Source: Podarcis tiliguerta
Taxonomy: Eukaryota
Length of the DNA: 64,000 bases
Direction: 5' to 3' (one strand)
Assembly (NCBI GenBank): GCA_965153285.1
Contig: OZ229116.1
Positions 38,155 through 50,799 of this stretch are shown here, piece by piece (position 1 is the stretch's first letter; each line of letters opens with the position of its first letter). Made by a program: the position numbers and the translations under genes. The notes under the pieces are model-generated. The model worked only from the letters and a program-made list of their open reading frames with translations. It was not told the DNA's origin and made no database searches.

Positions 38155-38565
38155 ATCCAAGCTGGTGAGGGTCTGGAAAACCAAGCACGACAAGGAATGG
38201 TGAAAAGAGTTGGGCTTCTTTAGCCCAGATTAAAGTGGGGACATTATGATGGTCTATCTGAAGGGTTGCCATACAGGTGATGGAGTAGACTTTGCTGTCT
38301 GTTGCTCCATGGTTGGAGGCAGATATGCTTCTGAATACCAATTGCTGGAAACAGCAGGAGGGGAGAGGGCTCTTGTGCTCAGGTCCCTGCTTGAGGATTT
38401 CCCATAAGCATCTGGTTGACCGCTGTGAGAACAGGACACTGGACTAGATGGGCCATTGGCCCAATCCAGCAGGCTCTTATGTTCTTAGATGAACTCCGAT
38501 GGGTGGGAAATTACAAGGCAGGAGACCTGCTAAGCTTAAGGAGAAACTTGCTAACAGTAACTTGC
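38155..38565 (+). mobile_element. Old CR1 ORF2 fragment interrupted by a CR1-like 3' end (38310-38488)
   Basis: The two flanking parts align to successive parts of the CR1 at 8150-8390; the insert ends ctcttatgttctta. Confidence 0.65.
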
Positions 38566-38676
38566 TACCTGGGGAGATGGTTCATTTGCTAGAAATATTT
38601 AGGCATATCCTGGGAAATCCTGTCAGAGTTGCTCCTCTAGAGATGCATCCTGCATTGTAGATCTGTATTAACTAAT

Positions 38677-38842
38677 AAGCACGTCAAAGTGCAAGTAGAT
38701 AAATAGGTACCGCTCCGGCGGGAAGGTAAACGGCGTTTCCGTGCGCTGCTTTGGCTTACCAGAACCAATAAAGCGAGATGAGCACTGCAACCCCAGAGTT
38801 GTTTGTGACTGGACCTGATGGTCAGGGGTCCCTTTACCTTTA
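38677..38842 (+). mobile_element. Sauria SINE 3' half with internal deletion
   Basis: aagcacgtcaaagtgcaagtagataaataggtaccgctcc...ggtcaggggtccctttaccttta. Confidence 0.85.
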
Positions 38843-38844
38843 TC

Positions 38845-39208
38845 TTTTACCCCGCCCACCTGGCTTGGTTTCCCCAGCCACTCTGGCCAGCTTTCAACAG
38901 AACATTAAAAACAGAATAAAACTTCAAACATTAAAAACTTCCCTAAACAGGGCTGCCTTCAGATGTCTTTTAAAAGTAAGATGGTTATTTCCTTGAAATC
39001 TGATGGAAGGGCATTCCACAGGGTGGGCACCACTACCAAGAAGGCCCTCTGCCTGGTTCCCTGTAACCTCACTTCTCGCAGAGAGAGAACCGCCAGAAGG
39101 CCCTCAGCGCTGGACCTCAGTGTCCAGGCTGAATGATGGGGATGGAGACGCTCCTTTGGGTATACAGGACTGAGGCTGTTTAGGGCTTTAAAGGTCAGCA
39201 CCAACACC
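38845..39208 (-). mobile_element. L2-clade LINE 3' end (family A)
   Basis: Minus-strand LVLTFKALNSLSPVYPKERLHPHHSAWTLRSSAEGLLAVLSLREVRLQGTRQRAFLVVVPTLWNALPSD; lies tail-to-tail with the Sauria SINE. Confidence 0.9.
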
Positions 39209-39740
39209 TGAATCTATTGTGCAGTAGATTCAGATTAGATAACATGCAAAAACCCTTCCAACTCCAAAATTCTGAATTATGTGGTTGCTCTTCTTGTTGT
39301 TTGAATTTCCGTCCCACCCTTTCCCCCAAAGGAGTCCAGCACAGTAAAAATCAAAAACTTAAAACAACATTTAAAATAAAACAAAGCCATATTGAAAGCA
39401 TTTATAAATCAACTAAGAACATTTCAAAACATTTGGAATATTGAAAAGCAACCACATAGCCTCACAGTTGCTAATTTCAACATTGCAATGGTCAGTATCT
39501 TGCAGCCATCAAATGCCTGGGTAAACTGGAATGTTTTTTAAAAAATTCCCGAAAGTCAATAACGATTGAGACAGACACACCAAATGTGAAATTCCTATTT
39601 CAGCCACAGATGTGTGCATTTCCACCTAGCAGATAGAAAATCGAACATTTTTCCAGCCCTAGGCAGTGAGTACAGGATTGCATTCTAACAGTTTTGCATC
39701 GTGTTGCTTAATATTCTCATTGGGTCCTTTTTTAATACTA

Positions 39741-40314
39741 CCGTATTTTTCGTCCCATAGGACACTCCGACCCATAGGACGCACCTAGTTTTTTTTTGGG
39801 GGGGGGAAATAAAGGAAAAAATGTTTTCCTTTATTTCTTCCCAAAACCAGGTCGGGGAACAGCGGGATGGCGGCGCTGCGCCTCCCTGCTGTCCCCCAAG
39901 CTTGTGGGGCTGGCCGATGTCTGCCTGGCATGAGGGGCGCTCTGCTTCAGGGTGCGCTGTGTGCCCGGCGGCAGGCTGCTATCCGCAGCCTGGGGAGCCC
40001 TGTGGGAACTCCCGCAGGGCTGCCTAGGCTGCGGATGTATTCCCGAAGTGCTGGGTGCTCTGCTTTCGGGGCGCCGGGCGCTCCGGGAAGCAGGCTGCTA
40101 TCCGCTGCCTAGACAGCCCTGCGGGAACTCCTGCAGGGCTGCCTAGACTGCGGATGTCTTCCTGAAGCCTGGAGAGCAAGAGGGGTTGGTGCGCACCAAC
40201 CCCTCTCGCTCTCCAAGCTTCAGCGAAAGCCTGCATTCGCCCCATAGGACGCACCCAGATTTCCCCTTCATTTTTGGAGGGGAAAAAGTGCGTCCTATGG
40301 GGCGAAAAATATGG
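39741..40314. mobile_element. Tc1/mariner (Tc2-like) non-autonomous element, CpG-rich
   Basis: TA|CCGTATTTTTCGTCCCATAGGAC...GTCCTATGGGGCGAAAAATATGG|TA; TIR of about 23 bp and TA TSD. Confidence 0.88.
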
Positions 40315-41524
40315 TATTTGCTATAAAGCCTGAAGATGCTTGTGTCGCCTTGCAGTCCTATGGCTCGCAAAGCACCACCACTATGATTCTGGATTGCTGA
40401 AGAAGCATAATATTGAAATGTGTGGAGAATCTTCAACTGATCCTAAATTAGGATGCAATGCTAAAAAAAAAAAAAAAAGCAAAAAGCAACAAAAGCCACC
40501 ATTTCCTCCTAACAATTCACAAAATAACAATTCCTGGGTCCTTTGGAAGGACAGGCAGAACTGATAGCGTCTTGGAACCTCTTTCCAGCTTTTTTGTTCC
40601 TTCCTCCCTGAGGATTATTCTCAGAGGAAGGGACACTTTTCCTGTAAAGTGGCTTGGCATCTTAATGTTAAACATCAGAAAGAGTCTCTAGAAAAGCAAT
40701 TGTTATGACCCAAGCTGTTAGTTCATGGGGAAAAATAGGTATAAAAAGGAGAATTTCTGAATGCCAAGATTCAAGTTTGGGGCAAGTAGTCTTTGGTGAG
40801 AGAATTCCAGCAGAGACTTAAAATCACAAAATATGCAGCAAAGTGTGGAAATAAATTATTATTATTTATTTAATCTGTGCTCTTTCAAGTTCTTTCCAAA
40901 GTTCCTCTCTTCCCCCAGCATGGGGGGGGGGGTGCACCTTTGGTAGGCTTTAAAAAATGATTTACTTACAAACACTCCAAAGGTCAGTTTCATGTGCTTC
41001 TGAAAACGTTGCACAGGCAACTTGGCCTAGTTATAAAGTTCTTTATAACTTTATAAAATTCTTTAACTATTGGTATAGGAAATCAAGAGAGGCTTGTTAG
41101 AGCCATGTGGTTGGGAGAATTATCTCAGGATTTAAAATTTCAAATCACTTTATAGGAAAAATTTCGCTATCTAATAAAATTTCGCTTCTTAGTTGCTGCC
41201 TGCCCAGCATTCAAAAGCTCTTCCCTCCTTTCATCTCTTCTGGCAGGTTCCATTCTGCCTTGATAATAATATATGATTCCCACAAATTCAAGCAGTTTAC
41301 TACAATGAGCCTAGAACTGCTTGAATGTCCAAGAACTCTCTGCTAACTTAGACAATTCACTCATGTTACCCGATGCACTGCATAATGTGATATAATGTAG
41401 GATTGCACTGCATAATTACAAACAAAAATGCATTCGTTACAATAAGCTGTCACAGGTGTTCCTTTTTGCAGGAAAAGTGTCCCTTCCTCTGAGAATATTC
41501 CTCAGGGAGGAAGGAACAAAAAAG

Positions 41525-41674
41525 CTGAAGGCAGCCCTGTTTAGGGAAGCTTTTAATATTTGATTAATTGTTGTCTTTTAAAAATTTGTTGGAAGCTGCC
41601 CAGAGTGGCTGGGGAAACCCAGCCAGATGGGCAGGATATAAATAATAAATTATTGTTATTATTATTATTATTAT
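41525..41674 (+). mobile_element. L2 family A 3' tail
   Basis: ctgaaggcagccctgtttagggaag, hairpin at 41596-41634, then (TTA)n. Confidence 0.85.
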
Positions 41675-42469
41675 TGAATATTTTGCTAGAAGGAAGATAT
41701 ATGCTATTAAACTTCTTCCAATTCTCAGGGGGGGGGGGGATGTTTGCACAATTGCATCAAAAATTCCTTCTCAATCAGAGACCACCAATACTTCAAAACA
41801 TCCCTTGCAAGTGTATTGCTTTGTAGCAGTTATTTTCTTGATCTGTCTCAGCATTTCTTGTTTTTATGTTGCATTTCTAGTAAGGGTGAATAGTTGAATG
41901 TGTTTCCAGACAAAATTCTGCATTTAAACAAACATTCCTTTCATCACGGAAAGTTGTCCTTTTTGCACAGGGACAACGGTGATTTCACTAATCAGTGTGC
42001 AAAGCAAAAACAAAGAATTAAGCTGTGACCCCACACTGAGTTGTTAATGCATAACTTCAGCAGAAGGAAATGAACATATTGCTGGAAGAGAGCATTTGAG
42101 GAACCTCTGAAGTAGTTTAACATTAGCATATATGCATGGCCAAAGGCAGCCATTGTACTGTCTCCCCAGTTTGGTTCAGTGGATTCCAAAGTTCCACGTG
42201 TGCCTTATGTAGCCTTTGGGCTAATAAGCTAATTGGCTTTAGTTTTTCAGCACGATCAAAATTAAACAAAGCCATATATGTGATAGGGAATCAAAGCTGG
42301 TGTATTTTACATTTCTGTAAGCAATTTTGCTGGAATTCTTTGCTTTTCCTTCTTCAACTAATAATAAGCGGAAGCAAACATTGTTCTCTACAGTCGAATG
42401 TAGTGCAAACGAGAAGGGTGGGCTTTCCAAGGCTGAGGGCAAAATTAGACATGGCATTGCTCACGCCCT

Positions 42470-42644
42470 CAGTGCTTTTTTTCTTTTAAACATGTTTAGG
42501 GGTACTCTCATTTTGACTCAAAAAAATCACGATTTTATAGTTCAAGTCAGGAAAAATAAATACAGTAAATGAACAAAAGTCCAAAGATTCACAAAAGGTT
42601 TAGGGGTATGCGTACCCCTGAGTATCCTCAGGAAAACAGCACTG
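42470..42644. mobile_element. hAT-like MITE
   Basis: CAGTGCTTTTTT...AAAACAGCACTG termini and repeated gtttaggggta; no clear TSD. Confidence 0.6.
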
Positions 42645-43617
42645 CCCTTAGTCCTTGCATGGCTGATTTTACTTTCACTAAGTAGCCAATGTTGGGAGGC
42701 ACAACTTCAATCAGGACCTTGGTGTATAGAGAGGAGGAATTTTAACCATTTGCACTCAACAGAGTTCTGATCCATATCGTGGAGCTACAGGTACATGCTA
42801 TTTGCAGTGGGAGGGAAGTGTCATTTGGAAAGCCAATGGGCAGTTCTTCCATGTCTTCCCCCTAAAATTGCTATACCAAGACTGCCCCACTATAAGTTGC
42901 TCTGATGCAACAGAAGGCCAAAAATTAGCCTGGAGGATTCAGTAACAAATATCAAATAATCAGTTGTTTGTTGAAACATCATCCGTAATGAAGCACATCA
43001 TGCTTTCCGGGTGTGGTCATCTACTAGCCTGAATACCATTTGCTAAGAACAAACCTCTATTATTCAGTTTTGCATCCCGTGGTTCTCATAAATAGCCATT
43101 TTGGGCAGGGTTTCTAACTGCCAAACCTACACGGAGTCAGATTGTTTAATTAAAGTAGTTGGTCCAAAAAGCTTCCTTTTTGATAGAAAAGTGTCATTGC
43201 AACTAATAAAGCAATGACGTGATGGTCTTCTGTCTAAATACCAGAGATTATCTAGATTTCTTTATCTTCATTCTGTTTCTGTGAACTGGTTAACAGATCA
43301 CCTGCCTGTCTCAGAGTGTAAACTTGAACAAGTAAATGCAACATGTGACTTGGGTGCTGGCGGTCATTGACTGGCAGCACTTTCTGTGGTCTTGGAGATT
43401 GGGGGAAGTATATTCAAGACTACAGAAGTTGCTACTAAAACTAACCAATAATTGTGGCCTCCCAACTTACAATGCAGTTCTTGCCTTGACAGAATGAGTG
43501 ACTTTGTTAGATTCTGCCCACAAGCAGTACTAGTGGTGCTGGCAATAATAGTAGTAAATATATAATAATTTCATTTGTGCATCGCTTCCCATGAGGAAAC
43601 TGTTTATGAGTAGTTGG

Positions 43618-44213
43618 TGTAGTGCTCATTTTGGACATCCAGGGCTACTCACACCAGCAAGGTATTGCATAAACATCACTGGGTTCAGATGTAGGTCAGC
43701 CCACAAGAAGCAAAGTCAGTGCAGTGCCGTCAAGAAAACAGCATACAGTTCAACAACAATTCCTGGCAGGTCTTGCCTTTATAGAGCAGTTGCCAGGACT
43801 GAGGCTCCCTTCCTTCTACCTCCACGTAGGTAGATGTCTCCCAAGCAGCCTCAAACTGCATCTGGGCACCTGTGCTCTCTGTTCTGTTCTACACATCAGC
43901 CTGCACGTCCTTGGATACAAGTGGGGAGGAAAGCGTGTTGCAGTAGGAGAAGCAAACTCCTGAGATTCTTCTGCAGCCTCTTGCCCCTTCCTCCTCTTCT
44001 TCATTATCTGAGTATAAACTGCTCCATTTCACAGGCTCTCCTTGCTCACTAAATTCTGTTGCCTCTTCAGCATCCAACAACTCCCCTTACTCTTCTTCCT
44101 CTGACCTCTCCTCGCTGTCCCACCACCAATCTCCTGGCTCTGAGCCTTCCTCCTTTGGGGTTTGCTTGGCTGGTGCCTCCCACCACTCCTGGTCATCCAG
44201 CCAGTCCCTTACA
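43618..44213 (-). mobile_element. Solo LTR (596 bp, probably Gypsy-type)
   Basis: TGTA...TACA termini; flanks GTTGG/CTTGG form a 4/5 TSD; minus-strand TATAAA at 43778-43783; partial second copy at 28535-28681. Confidence 0.75.
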
Positions 44214-44605
44214 CTTGGGGCAAAGACTATGTTCAAGTGATGACCATTTGAGACAGCCTCGTGGTTTTCATAGAAGCCATGAAGTTGGCCCAATAGCAGC
44301 CACCACATGAACATTAAAGCGACACAGGACTACTGTTCTGGGGTTCCAACACCCAGGAAGGCACTGGGCACCAGCAGCATCCCCATTCTGGCCCAACACC
44401 AGATACAAATCCTCTAAGCCTGTCTCAAGATCAAGAAGTTTTCCAGTAGATGCAACTCCTATGGACAATGGTGACACTCCATCTGACCTTCTGGTGTGGG
44501 CTGGTGTTTCACCAAGTACCTGGGTGGGCCAAGTACCTAAGTTAGGTCAGGTCTCAGCAGCGCATGCCAGGCTTGTCCCTACATCAGTGTTCAAGTTGTT
44601 GATTA

Positions 44606-44931
44606 AAGGTCCATTAGGACCATTAGGTCCAGTTGCGGCACTCATCTCGCTTTACTGGCTGAGGGATCCAGCATACAGCTTCTGGGTCATGTGGCCAGCA
44701 TGACTAAGCCTCTTCTGGCGAAACAGAGGAGCGCATGGAAACACCGTTTACCTTCCCGCTGGAGCGGTACCTATTTATCTACTTGCACTTGACGTGCTTT
44801 CGAACTGCTAGGTTGGCAGAAGCAGGGACCGAGCAACGGGAGCTCACCCAGTCACGGGGATTCAAACCACCGACCTTCTGATCGGCAAATCCTAGGCTCT
44901 GTGGTTTAACCCACAGCGCCATGCACTTCCC
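44606..44931 (-). mobile_element. Sauria SINE, full length
   Basis: Colinear with 28801-29132; perfect 12-bp TSD AGTTGTTGATTA at 44594-44605 and 44932-44943. Confidence 0.92.
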
Positions 44932-45679
44932 AGTTGTTGATTAGCATGGTGTTATTGCAGACCAATCTGGCATTAGCACTGCCAGACCAGAGGGCTCAGC
45001 TGATAAACAAAACAGATACTTCTGGAGGAGTGGATTAAGATGGTGGCTGTTTCACTGGTGTCGTGTCTATCTCTCACCCACCCAATAGAACTAGTGTGTA
45101 AGATCATTCAGTAAACCGTTTTAGCCATCTGTAAAACACAACACTCTAAAGAGAGTAGGAAACTTCCTCAATACTCTGTGGAACCTGGTCCTCCTTACAG
45201 TGACTGACTTAGCTGCCAAGGTTTTGCATGGGAAACTAATTACAGCCTCCTATCATAGGAGGAAGCAGCTGAGTATAATAAGTGAAGTTTTTTTCCTTCT
45301 ATCTAAAGAAAAGTCATTGTCTAGTTTAACAGCCTTTTTCAGGCTGGGTCAAACATTTAAATTCTTCTTTCACTAGCAAATATTTTGGGATACATTATGC
45401 TAATTAAGACTTCCTCCTCTACAGAAGCTTGCTCCTTGGCTGCCAATCAATTATGCGGATAAGGTGGTACATCCACTCTTGCAAATAAGTGCAATATTTT
45501 GAGCCTTGTCAAAGTCTTCTACCAACAGCAGCGAAAGCCTGAATGGGGGGAGTGGAGTCTGAAACAGGTGGAGGGCACCAGTTTGGGGAAATCTGCACAA
45601 CTGTCTAAAATACGTGAGCCGCAATCCAACAGAGAGGTAAGCTTCCCAAGGCCACTGAACTCAAGGCTCTTGCCCATGT

Positions 45680-46010
45680 GAGTACCAACTAAGGAGAAAT
45701 GGCTTCAAAAGTTAATGGACTATGTGGAAATGGTGAAACTGAGAGCAAAAAAAAGAGACAAACTGTTTATGGAAGAGTGGAGACCCTTATTTGAACTATT
45801 TGAAGAACTGTTATAGTCAAATGAGAATGCAGCGGGGATCAAATTATGAGCAGCAGAATGAAAACAATGATAAGTGAAACAGAATATAAGTGTTTTAGAT
45901 TAAAGTATGTCATATAAAGCCGGAGGTATAAGGTGGGAATATAAAGATCATGGAAGTAAGGGTGGGAAGTCAAATTTTTAAGAAAAATGTTTATTGAAAA
46001 TATAAGTAAA
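45680..46010 (+). mobile_element. L1-clade LINE ORF2 end and 3' UTR (decayed)
   Basis: Reads VPTKEKWLQKLMDYVEMVKL...LFMEEWRPLF, resembling the squamate L1 C-terminus. Confidence 0.65.
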
Positions 46011-47407
46011 ACTTGTGAAAATCCATAAATTATGTCTAAAAAAATACTCTTACACATGTGAATGCATTGTGCTAGATTTTGCCCATGCAGGAGCAATCCA
46101 TGCAACTGCCCCAGCTCCAGTCAACATGCATATTAGCAGCCAGTGCAACGCAGCCCTCAAATTAAGTGGAGATTTTCTTTCTAAATGGGTGGCTCTTTGG
46201 AGAGACTGATTCCAGGAAGTCGTCTCTGTTGATCCTACTCTCCTAAAGTGGCTTTTCCTCTATCTGGGTTATAAAAACAAAAGGTAGATGAGATAGAGCC
46301 TTTCCATATGGGCCAATAAATGCCAGCTAAGGTGAGCTAGCAGCAGGTTAAGACTCCCGTTTGGATTTTGCAACTCAGCAGAGCATTTTTATATCTCCCT
46401 TGGCGTTTTGATTCATTTCTAATTTACTCATTCATGCCCTTCTGTTGAAAATTATATGAATTAAAACTACTATGGAGGATATTAAAAAAACAGCTTGGCA
46501 AGGCTTCCACTCTGCAAACCCCATGGCAGCAGTGCATCATCATTACAAATGTTCCTGCAAAACTTGCCACAAGATACATGCCTAGCAGTTGAATTCAGGC
46601 TCTTTCATGTTGTGACTTAACAGTTTAATTACACTGAAGAGTTCCATACATGAAAGAAAATGCCACGTGAACTGTACCAGGTAGGCTAGTAAAAAGAAAG
46701 AGAAAAATAATTTTGATCATAGGAATATTCTCTGTATCTGACAGATTGAGAGAACTGAGGAGTGGAAGTAACTCTCAAGGATTGTTCCACATTCAAGTAA
46801 CAACAACAACAACAACAACAAAAATATTGCTGTAATTTATCTCTCCAAAACTAGAGGTTGAATTTGCATATAGCTTCTTCTTCCTCCTCTTTCATTTCAT
46901 ATCTGTAAGACTTATGAAATCCACAGTGATTTCACCTCCGTACAGAATTCAGCACAGGGCCTGAATAATTTATGATGGAACATGGAGAAAGAATTGTGGC
47001 CCTGACCTATGATGAGCCACCAACCAGAACCAAAACAAGTGACAAGATGCCAGTGCTTGCTCTTCAGACGATAATGCATATTATTGTGCATCAAAATCTG
47101 TCAAACCAGTCATGCTGCATTTGGGAGCCCTCCTGCTCATTCTGTTGAGTGGGGTCTTGGACATCAGCCCTCAGAGTCATCCTCCCCCAATGGCACAGGC
47201 GAAAGAGAAATCTGCACTGTTTCTGTGCAATTGCTGGCACTGAACACTATTCTCAACGACGGTGCAAGAGTCAACCATTAAAACAGTGTTTCCCCAATCA
47301 CATTGCAGGAGCTAATTCTACTTAGTGCACGACACAGGGTGCATGGTTTAAAAATGTCAGGACCATCACTGACATTGTGTGAAGAGATGAGCAACATTCC
47401 TACACCT

Positions 47408-47447
<40 letters not shown>
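47408..47447. repeat. Compound (AC)n(AG)n microsatellite
   Basis: Seen directly. Confidence 0.95.
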
Positions 47448-48051
47448 CTCAATTCATGTTAGAAATTTGCTCAGTTATTTCTGATCCTAATGATGAACAT
47501 GTTTAGATTCCACTGTGGTCCGGTGATGATGCCAACAAGTATGTAATGGGGTCTGCATCCTTTGCTCAAACGCACCTGCATCCCTCCTTCAATCTACCTG
47601 CAAGTACCCATCTCTTTCCTCAATCCCCTCAAATATGGACTATTGTGACTATTGTTATAGAGTGACCCATGTGCAACCCTGGTATGTGCAACTTTCTCAA
47701 GCTGCCTAATGTGCACATCAAAGGAGGGAGCAGCCAGGTAAATGGAAAGTGGAAGTAAAGTGGCTGGCTGGCTGAGTGAGTCAGGGCAGAAGAGAGTTAA
47801 GAATCCTTGCCTGAGTTACCGTAGCTCATCGTAATAGCCACCTTCATACCGAAGATGAGCATTATGGGATACATACTCCTAACTATGAACTTTGGTGACA
47901 TTGATAATTGTGTGGGAACCTTATGTCAATCAAAGTGGTTCAGCATCTCCAGTGTGGTTGTTAAAGATGTACCCAGGATTATTAGCCACAGTTCACCTCT
48001 AGCTGTAACTTACCACTAGTCACTATGAGTAGTAATGTGTAAATCCATAAA

Positions 48052-48260
48052 GATCATAGAATCAAAGAATTGTAGAGTTGGAAGGGACCTCCAAGAGTCA
48101 TCTAGTGCAGGAGCCATGGCTAAAGACTCCCCGACAGGTGGCCACCTAACCTCTCCAATGAAGGAGAGTCTGCCACCTTCTGAGATCATTCATTCTGCCG
48201 TCAAAAGGCTCTTTCCCCTTAGAAAGTTCTTCCTAATGTCCAGTTCAAATCTCTTTTCTA
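48052..48260 (-). mobile_element. CR1 3' fragment
   Basis: atcatagaatcaaagaattgtagagttggaaggg...ttagaaagttcttcctaatgtccag. Confidence 0.7.
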
Positions 48261-49269
48261 GAGCGCTTCTGATATATTGAGTCAGTCCATTTTTTGCAGC
48301 CTGGATAAGCTCCTGTTTGCACAGGAGTTGACCTCTGGGCACAAATCTGCTTCACTGGATTGGGGCAACAGCCACTAAACAAAAGTCAACACTATTAAAC
48401 AGAAACTGGAGCAGGGATAGACTTTTCACTGCTGGTTGGGGATCAACCGATTCTTCCACTACAAAAGGACACATTATATAAACACTAGAAAAGTCTTCAG
48501 TGCTACCCATGTGCACATATAAAACAAATTTACCTCTTTAACACATCACAATCACGCCTAGAACCTCTACCCATTGCTTTGGACTGGACAGTTCAAGAAG
48601 AATGGGCTTAGGTTGTTTTGCTGTTTTTAAATCATTCATTGTACATTGCTTCTCAAAATACAATGCAGCGCAGTATTTTAGAAGTTATGATCCATGTGCA
48701 GCCCTTGATCTGGAAGAAGAACTGCTCTTGATCTCAGTGAGAAATATGAGCACCAGCAGGAAACTGACTAGAGGGCTGAACAGGCCTTTTCCATCTCTAA
48801 TTTCCATGATTAAAGTGTAGGATCAAAGGCACTATAAGGCTCTAAGTATAACCACATTCATAGAATGAACCAGGTTCAAGGACTAACACATTTTAGGAAG
48901 TGAGAGGGAAATGCCATTATAAATTTATTCAGATACTAGCTGCTTTCCCCAGGATTTTTTCAGTCTTTTTGTTCTTCTGACCAGGTCGCCTATGAGCTGC
49001 TGAGCTGGCAAAACAGTTTATAGGATCTGGTGAAAATACTTATGTGATTGTGATTCATAATTCTGTAGCACAGGGAATGTGAGCTGACCAAGGCCAAAGT
49101 ACCAGAACAAAAATGTGTGTTGATTCTGCATTACAACCATTTCCAGATAAAGTGTAAGAGACCAATTTCAGGTTTGAAATTGAGAGAAAGGTTCAAATAT
49201 ACACATGCTTTTAGAGGTGTTAAAAATTAGACATGGCTTTCTGAAATATTTCTTTTTAAAAAATGATTT

Positions 49270-50050
49270 AACCACTTCATGCTGTTGAAGATAGGAACAA
49301 AATGCAGGTTGGAAAAGTATCTTGTGGTCATGATCATAAAGAATGGCCTTCTGGAAACACATCGTAAATGCTATCAAAGATATACCAGAAGAAACAATAT
49401 CTTTCAAAACTGAAGCTTTGTTGCTGGGACTGTTTGAACAACCTATTAAAAAAGGAATACCAACTTTGGTTATTACAGCAGGGATAATTGCAAAAATTAA
49501 ATTAAATTAAGATGGAAGAAACAGAACTTACTAAAACAGGCTTTGAAATGCTTGACAGACTTTGGTAATGATAAAAAAATTCCTCACTTCAAGAGCATTG
49601 GTCCACACTAATGGGACAGTTGGAAGCTTCTTGTGGCATATTGGAATAGAGCTCTAATTTATGAAGGACAACATCAGGAAATATTGAATGTTGGCATGTC
49701 AAGACAGATGTATATTGTCGGATTGGTGCTCCAACTCATGCACACTTTTCACAGCATCCACATGACATCATGAACAACCCATATCCCCCCCCCCTAATTT
49801 AATCCAGATTTACCCATTCTGCAGAAAATCTGATTAAAAAACTGCTCCGAATGACCCGTTTGTGATAGCTGAGTGACACATTTGTGGTATTAAGCCCCCA
49901 TCTGGAAGCACCCCAACTATTTTTATTCATATAAAATGTAACATCTTTTCTGGCAAAAGTAACCACAGATGTCCGTCCTTCCTTTTTGTTTATTATTTGT
50001 TCTGTTATTTGTTGTATTTTACCCAACTAAAAATTGTTAAGGGAAAATAA
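49270..50050 (+). mobile_element. Old L1-clade LINE ORF2 C-terminus and probable 3' UTR
   Basis: From about 49347 reads AFWKHIVNAIKDIPEETISFKTEALLLGLFEQPIKKGIPTLVITAGIIAK, matching the L1 post-zinc-knuckle FW..I...LLG...A pattern; boundaries approximate. Confidence 0.55.
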
Positions 50051-50621
50051 CTGAAATAAGTAGAGTGTTTCTAGCACGCTTGTTGAATAATTTTGAGGAA
50101 TAATCATGTGTGGCTCCCCTGAAGAACATTGTGAGGGTCAAGACTATTATGTAGCACTGAAGTGGGGGGAAGGGAGCATAGACCTTACACCAAATCAGAT
50201 CATTAGTTCATGTAGTTCACTGCATTACTGGCCGCGGCTCTCCAGAACTTCCCAAGCCCTGCCTGGAGACGGCAGAAATTGAACCTGGGACCTTCTGCAC
50301 GCAAAGCCGGGGCCCTTCCCCAAGATGGCAACAGACAGAAAAGGGAAGCTATACTTAGCTCCTTTTTTGCGTGCCACTGCTATCCTACATACCTCTTCCC
50401 ATTTCTGACCCCTGACACATCAAGCAGTTGCTTTCTCCTATTTTATCCTCACAATAATAATGTGAGGTAGGATAGGCGGGGGGGGGGGGGTGTCCCAGTA
50501 TTATCTAGAGAGATTTATGGCTGCATTGAAATTTGAATCCAGGTCTCTCCCGTCAGTCAATCACTGAAGGCACACTGGTTCTGATAACTGCGATTTCCCC
50601 TCTGCTTTCTATACTCCCATA

Positions 50622-50799
50622 GGCTATGTACACACCACACATTTAAAGCACAAGGCACCCCCTAAATAAACCTGGGAACTGTAGTTTGTTAAGGCTTCTG
50701 GGAACTGCACCCCTGAGCAGGGTAAACTATAGTTCCCCGGATTCTTTGGGGAAGACGTGTGCTTTACTTGTGCTTCAAATGTATGGTGTGTATTCAGCC
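50622..50799. mobile_element. MITE with long TIRs (PIF/Harbinger-like, tentative)
   Basis: GGCTATGTACACACCACACATTTAAAGCACA...TGTGCTTCAAATGTATGGTGTGTATTCAGCC; ATA/TTA flanks. Confidence 0.65.

Noticed and set aside
49168-49407. Exon of the expected neighbouring EF-hand gene (DHDH motif)
   Set aside because: No further similarity, and the opposite strand reads as L1 ORF2. I recognised no second gene in the window.
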